Shown: in pieces, positions 61,336 through 64,000 of the stretch
Position numbering within the stretch: position 1 is the stretch's first letter
How the letters are laid out: each line of letters begins with the position of its first letter
DNA from: Aestuariivita sp.
GTDB lineage: Bacteria; Pseudomonadota; Alphaproteobacteria; Rhodobacterales; Rhodobacteraceae
Assembly: GCA_026710045.1 (NCBI GenBank)
Contig: JAPORU010000047.1
Coordinates: 455 to 64,454, forward strand
DNA: 64,000 nucleotides
Direction of reading: 5' to 3'
Notes under the pieces: model-generated
Told to the model about the DNA's origin: nothing
The model's database searches: none
The model's input: the letters and a program-made list of their open reading frames with translations, nothing else
Translations under genes and position numbers: made by a program

Positions 61336-61636
61336 GGGCTGAGCTCTGTGCTCGACGTGGAAAGGAATTCCACTTGAAATCGATTCCAGATATGTGATAT
61401 GCAGGGGCGATACGAGTTTGTCGTGTATTCCTCTATATGTTGTTGTTTCTTTTTTCATATATGAAGAAATACCGCATGTCTATTTTGTCTTTCAGAAAAT
61501 ACCCAAAAAAGGGGAAAATCCGCTTAAATGCAGTGTTTTGCAAGTGCCTCATAACATTAACAGCGTCATCAAGCGGATATACAGGCTTGTTGATAATACT
61601 CATTAACACACTTTCGATATCTGTGAGAAACTATAT

Positions 61637-62173
61637 ATGATGTGGAAAAATATGATGTGGAAAACAAGAAAAATTATAGCGCTGTTGATTTTTCTGACTG
61701 TGCCTGGAACATTCCCGATTGTCGCTCATTCTGCAGGATGTTTCGATTCGGTCTTTCTTGGACAGTATGTACTTGGTAATTGGAACGGACCAGGTCCGAA
61801 TTCGGACTCTGAACGTTGGGAGGTTGGCGGAATTGTCGGAACAAACGAAAGTTTCGCGACAAAAAAGGAACTTCGAGTGCACATGAAAGAAATGGTCGAG
61901 CAATGTTCGGTGAAAGGAGCCCAAATAATTGCGGATGCGGAACGACATATGATGGCCCGAAAAGATACAGCGGTTGCCCGCTTTGAAGAATGGTGCAATG
62001 ATCCGATATTCTGTCCGGCAATCATGGACATTTCGATTAACTACGAACGCAATCAGATTGATAAAGAAATTGAACGGATGAAGACATGGTATGGCGGAAA
62101 TATCAAAAAGTGCAAAAAGAATTTTAGAGACGCATTCAGGGAAATCAGTAAGCTTTTGTGTTCAACGAATTGA
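61637..62173 (+). CDS. hypothetical secreted cysteine-containing protein
   Basis: 178 aa. A signal-peptide-like KIIALLIFLTVPGTFPIVAHSAG. I recognise no family. It sits in visibly AT-rich DNA next to the IS remnant. Confidence 0.5.
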   Translation: MMWKNMMWKTRKIIALLIFLTVPGTFPIVAHSAGCFDSVFLGQYVLGNWNGPGPNSDSERWEVGGIVGTNESFATKKELRVHMKEMVEQCSVKGAQIIADAERHMMARKDTAVARFEEWCNDPIFCPAIMDISINYERNQIDKEIERMKTWYGGNIKKCKKNFRDAFREISKLLCSTN

Positions 62174-62543
62174 CCTTTGTCGCAGTCTGCGTGGTAATCG
62201 CATCGTTACTTATGCAATTACACCTGCAAAAATGATTAAGAATTTTATTGACGTTTTTTCAGGATTGGATTTCACTGTTTCTTGAATGTTGAAGACGTCC
62301 ATCCCGAGAGGGCGAATGAAATTCGTTTCTCAAGCGCCGGCACCGACATCGCAGTCAACGGCGTGGTAGAAATTCTACCCATGACACGAGAGCGGTCTCC
62401 GTTGCTGTTAAAGTGAAGATGAAGATCATATTCACCACCGGTCTTATGGTTCAGATGAAGAACGGCTAGGTCTTTCCCGGCCTTTATAGTGGCAATATTT
62501 ATAGACTTAATCACCTTTTTGAAGGACGTATGTCGAACGGGAA

Positions 62544-63341
62544 TTGATGATGATACGACGCTATGAATGGTCTGCCTTTCGTTCGAATGAGTTTCGTGAA
62601 GCGGATCCTGAGCGAACGATTGCGGTCTTGCCAACCGCTGCCATTGAGCAACACGGGCCTCATCTTCCCGTGGGGACCGATATGTATATTGCTCAAGGAA
62701 TGTTGGATGAACTGTGCCGGCAATGTCCTGATGATGTCGATATACGCATTCTTCCGGTTCAATCGATTGGCAAATCCAATGAGCATATTCATGCGTGCGG
62801 AACGTTGAGTTTGACAGCGCAGACCGCTTTGGCTGCGTGGATCGATATTGGTCATTCGATCGCACGAGCGGGTTTGAGGAAAGTTGTTATTGTCAATTCT
62901 CATGGCGGTAATTTGTCGACGATTGACATCTTGGTACGTGAGTTGCGTGTTCGATTCGAGATGTTCGCTGTTAAATGCCAGTGGGGTTCCTTCGGTTATC
63001 CGGATGGTTTGTTTTCGGAACAAGAGAAAATCTACGGAATTCACGGAGGAGATTTTGAGACATCTCTCATGCTTGCCTTTCAGCCTCATACGGTTGATAT
63101 GATGTCGGCACGAGACTTTCGTTCAAGTGCGGAAACGGCTGCAATTGCCCCGACGGGTTCGATAAGTTACGGGTGGGTTGCATCGGATCTTGGCCCAGAC
63201 GGTGTTGTTGGCGAGGCGCATTTGGCAACAGCCGAGAAAGGGCGGGCGGTTTGTTCCCATCAAGTTGCTGGTTTTGTCGACCTGCTGCGCAAGGTTCGCG
63301 ATGAAAATCCATCTTGGCAATCGCCGGGTAGTAGAATGTGA
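62544..63341 (+). CDS. creatininase-family amidohydrolase
   Basis: 265 aa. LPTAAIEQHGPHLPVGTD...VIVNSHGGN...GIHGGDFETS, the PF02633 signature. Confidence 0.85.
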   Translation: MMMIRRYEWSAFRSNEFREADPERTIAVLPTAAIEQHGPHLPVGTDMYIAQGMLDELCRQCPDDVDIRILPVQSIGKSNEHIHACGTLSLTAQTALAAWIDIGHSIARAGLRKVVIVNSHGGNLSTIDILVRELRVRFEMFAVKCQWGSFGYPDGLFSEQEKIYGIHGGDFETSLMLAFQPHTVDMMSARDFRSSAETAAIAPTGSISYGWVASDLGPDGVVGEAHLATAEKGRAVCSHQVAGFVDLLRKVRDENPSWQSPGSRM

Positions 63342-63393
63342 AATTCGGGAGCGAACGTCGCGTCAATCCTGCAGAAAATTTTAATTTGTTCAG

Positions 63394-64000
63394 TTACGAT
63401 ACCTCGAATGATGTCCACTTTAGATCGCCGATGTAGCGCCAAGCGAGTTGTCCTTCATCATTCATAATAATGAGATGAAGCCAACTGTTGTCAAATAAAG
63501 CGCGTATGTCCGGATGGCGTTGCAAAATATCTGTTATTGCAGAGCGCGGAGCTTCAATAATGACGGTTAATCGAAGTGCGTCATGATAGAAGTTTTCTCC
63601 ATCATGCACAGATTGTAATGGTAAGCCAGGTTTTAGGTTTCCACCATTGCCTTCTAAGACACCGATCCCACCAGTCACATTGTGAAGTAATTTATTTCCG
63701 CCTCCAAAAATATCTGGGGCGACGGTAGAGCCATAGTACTGTAAGCTGATCCAGCTCGCCACGACGACTGGCGCTGTGAGAATCAATTCAAGAACGGAAA
63801 ATCCATCGTCGGCTTTCCAGTCGTAACTGTGCAAGAAGCATTGTCCATCAAGTGTGGCCCCGTCTGTCCGGCTTCGCGGAGCGGCAATGAAGGCGCGACA
63901 CCCCGCCAGTCCCCACTCTGGACGCAATTCTGCCCAGTCGTTGGCACGTCTTATGACATCGTTTTCTTGGGTCGCTCGAGGTAAATGGGTTGCCCGTTCA
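63394..64000 (-). CDS. dabA: DUF2309/DabA family protein (inorganic-carbon transporter subunit), C-terminal part only
   Basis: [17 protein letters not shown]...FLHSYDW...[16 protein letters not shown]...[25 protein letters not shown]. The frame stays open to the window edge (...[14 protein letters not shown]), so the gene is truncated by the window. Confidence 0.85.
   Translation of the reverse strand, partial: ERATHLPRATQENDVIRRANDWAELRPEWGLAGCRAFIAAPRSRTDGATLDGQCFLHSYDWKADDGFSVLELILTAPVVVASWISLQYYGSTVAPDIFGGGNKLLHNVTGGIGVLEGNGGNLKPGLPLQSVHDGENFYHDALRLTVIIEAPRSAITDILQRHPDIRALFDNSWLHLIIMNDEGQLAWRYIGDLKWTSFEVS

Noticed and set aside
61183-61377. 64-aa plus-strand ORF
   Set aside because: It is antisense to the transposase relic, which explains the sequence better.
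62511-63089. Two long minus-strand ORFs (62272..62865 and 62511..63089) opposite the creatininase-family gene
   Set aside because: The plus-strand creatininase signature is unambiguous. Only the 62272-62520 tail outside that gene might be real, and it is mentioned under the findings.
1-64000. CRISPR arrays, rRNA genes, tmRNA/SRP/RNase P RNAs, toxin-antitoxin pairs or known defence cassettes
   Set aside because: I saw no regularly spaced repeats and no recognisable conserved RNA cores. Every large ORF is accounted for by metabolic or housekeeping families.

Overview
This 64-kb chromosomal segment looks alphaproteobacterial. The evidence is synteny: rpmF-plsX-fabH-ihfA-merR-tRNA-Pro, nrdR-ribD-ribE-ribBA-ribH-nusB, a divergent tyrS/anmK pair, and a TctCBA/Bug transporter. 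Most of the window is housekeeping or aromatic catabolism. I found no CRISPR array, intact mobile element, rRNA gene or recognisable multi-gene defence system. The most unusual signal is a tandem pair of family-25 LPS/LOS glycosyltransferase paralogs at 45.1-46.7 kb. Each carries a G9 homopolymer at a non-homologous position. One copy is frameshifted exactly at its tract and one extra G would restore it, which is the signature of phase-variable contingency loci, or alternatively of a homopolymer sequencing error. Catabolic content: (a) an eight-gene, overlap-coupled minus-strand operon at 28.0-37.1 kb joins kynA/kynU to a CoA-dependent 2-aminobenzoyl-CoA pathway (CoA ligase, fused FAD-monooxygenase/OYE-reductase, SDR, MarR, crotonase, acyl-CoA dehydrogenase). 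An alpha/beta-hydrolase arylformamidase is transcribed divergently from it. (b) A homogentisate cluster (hmgA, fahA, maiA) lacks hppD but contains an FAD monooxygenase plus a DUF2783 mini-protein. Other features are a TPP riboswitch in front of a thiD-thiYZX-like operon, tRNA-Pro(GGG), three decayed IS transposase remnants (two at the GC-rich left edge, one at 60.8-61.3 kb), a decayed crotonase pseudogene, and a truncated DabA (DUF2309) gene at the right edge. All calls come from reading the supplied translations and the DNA by eye; no database search or computation was run.
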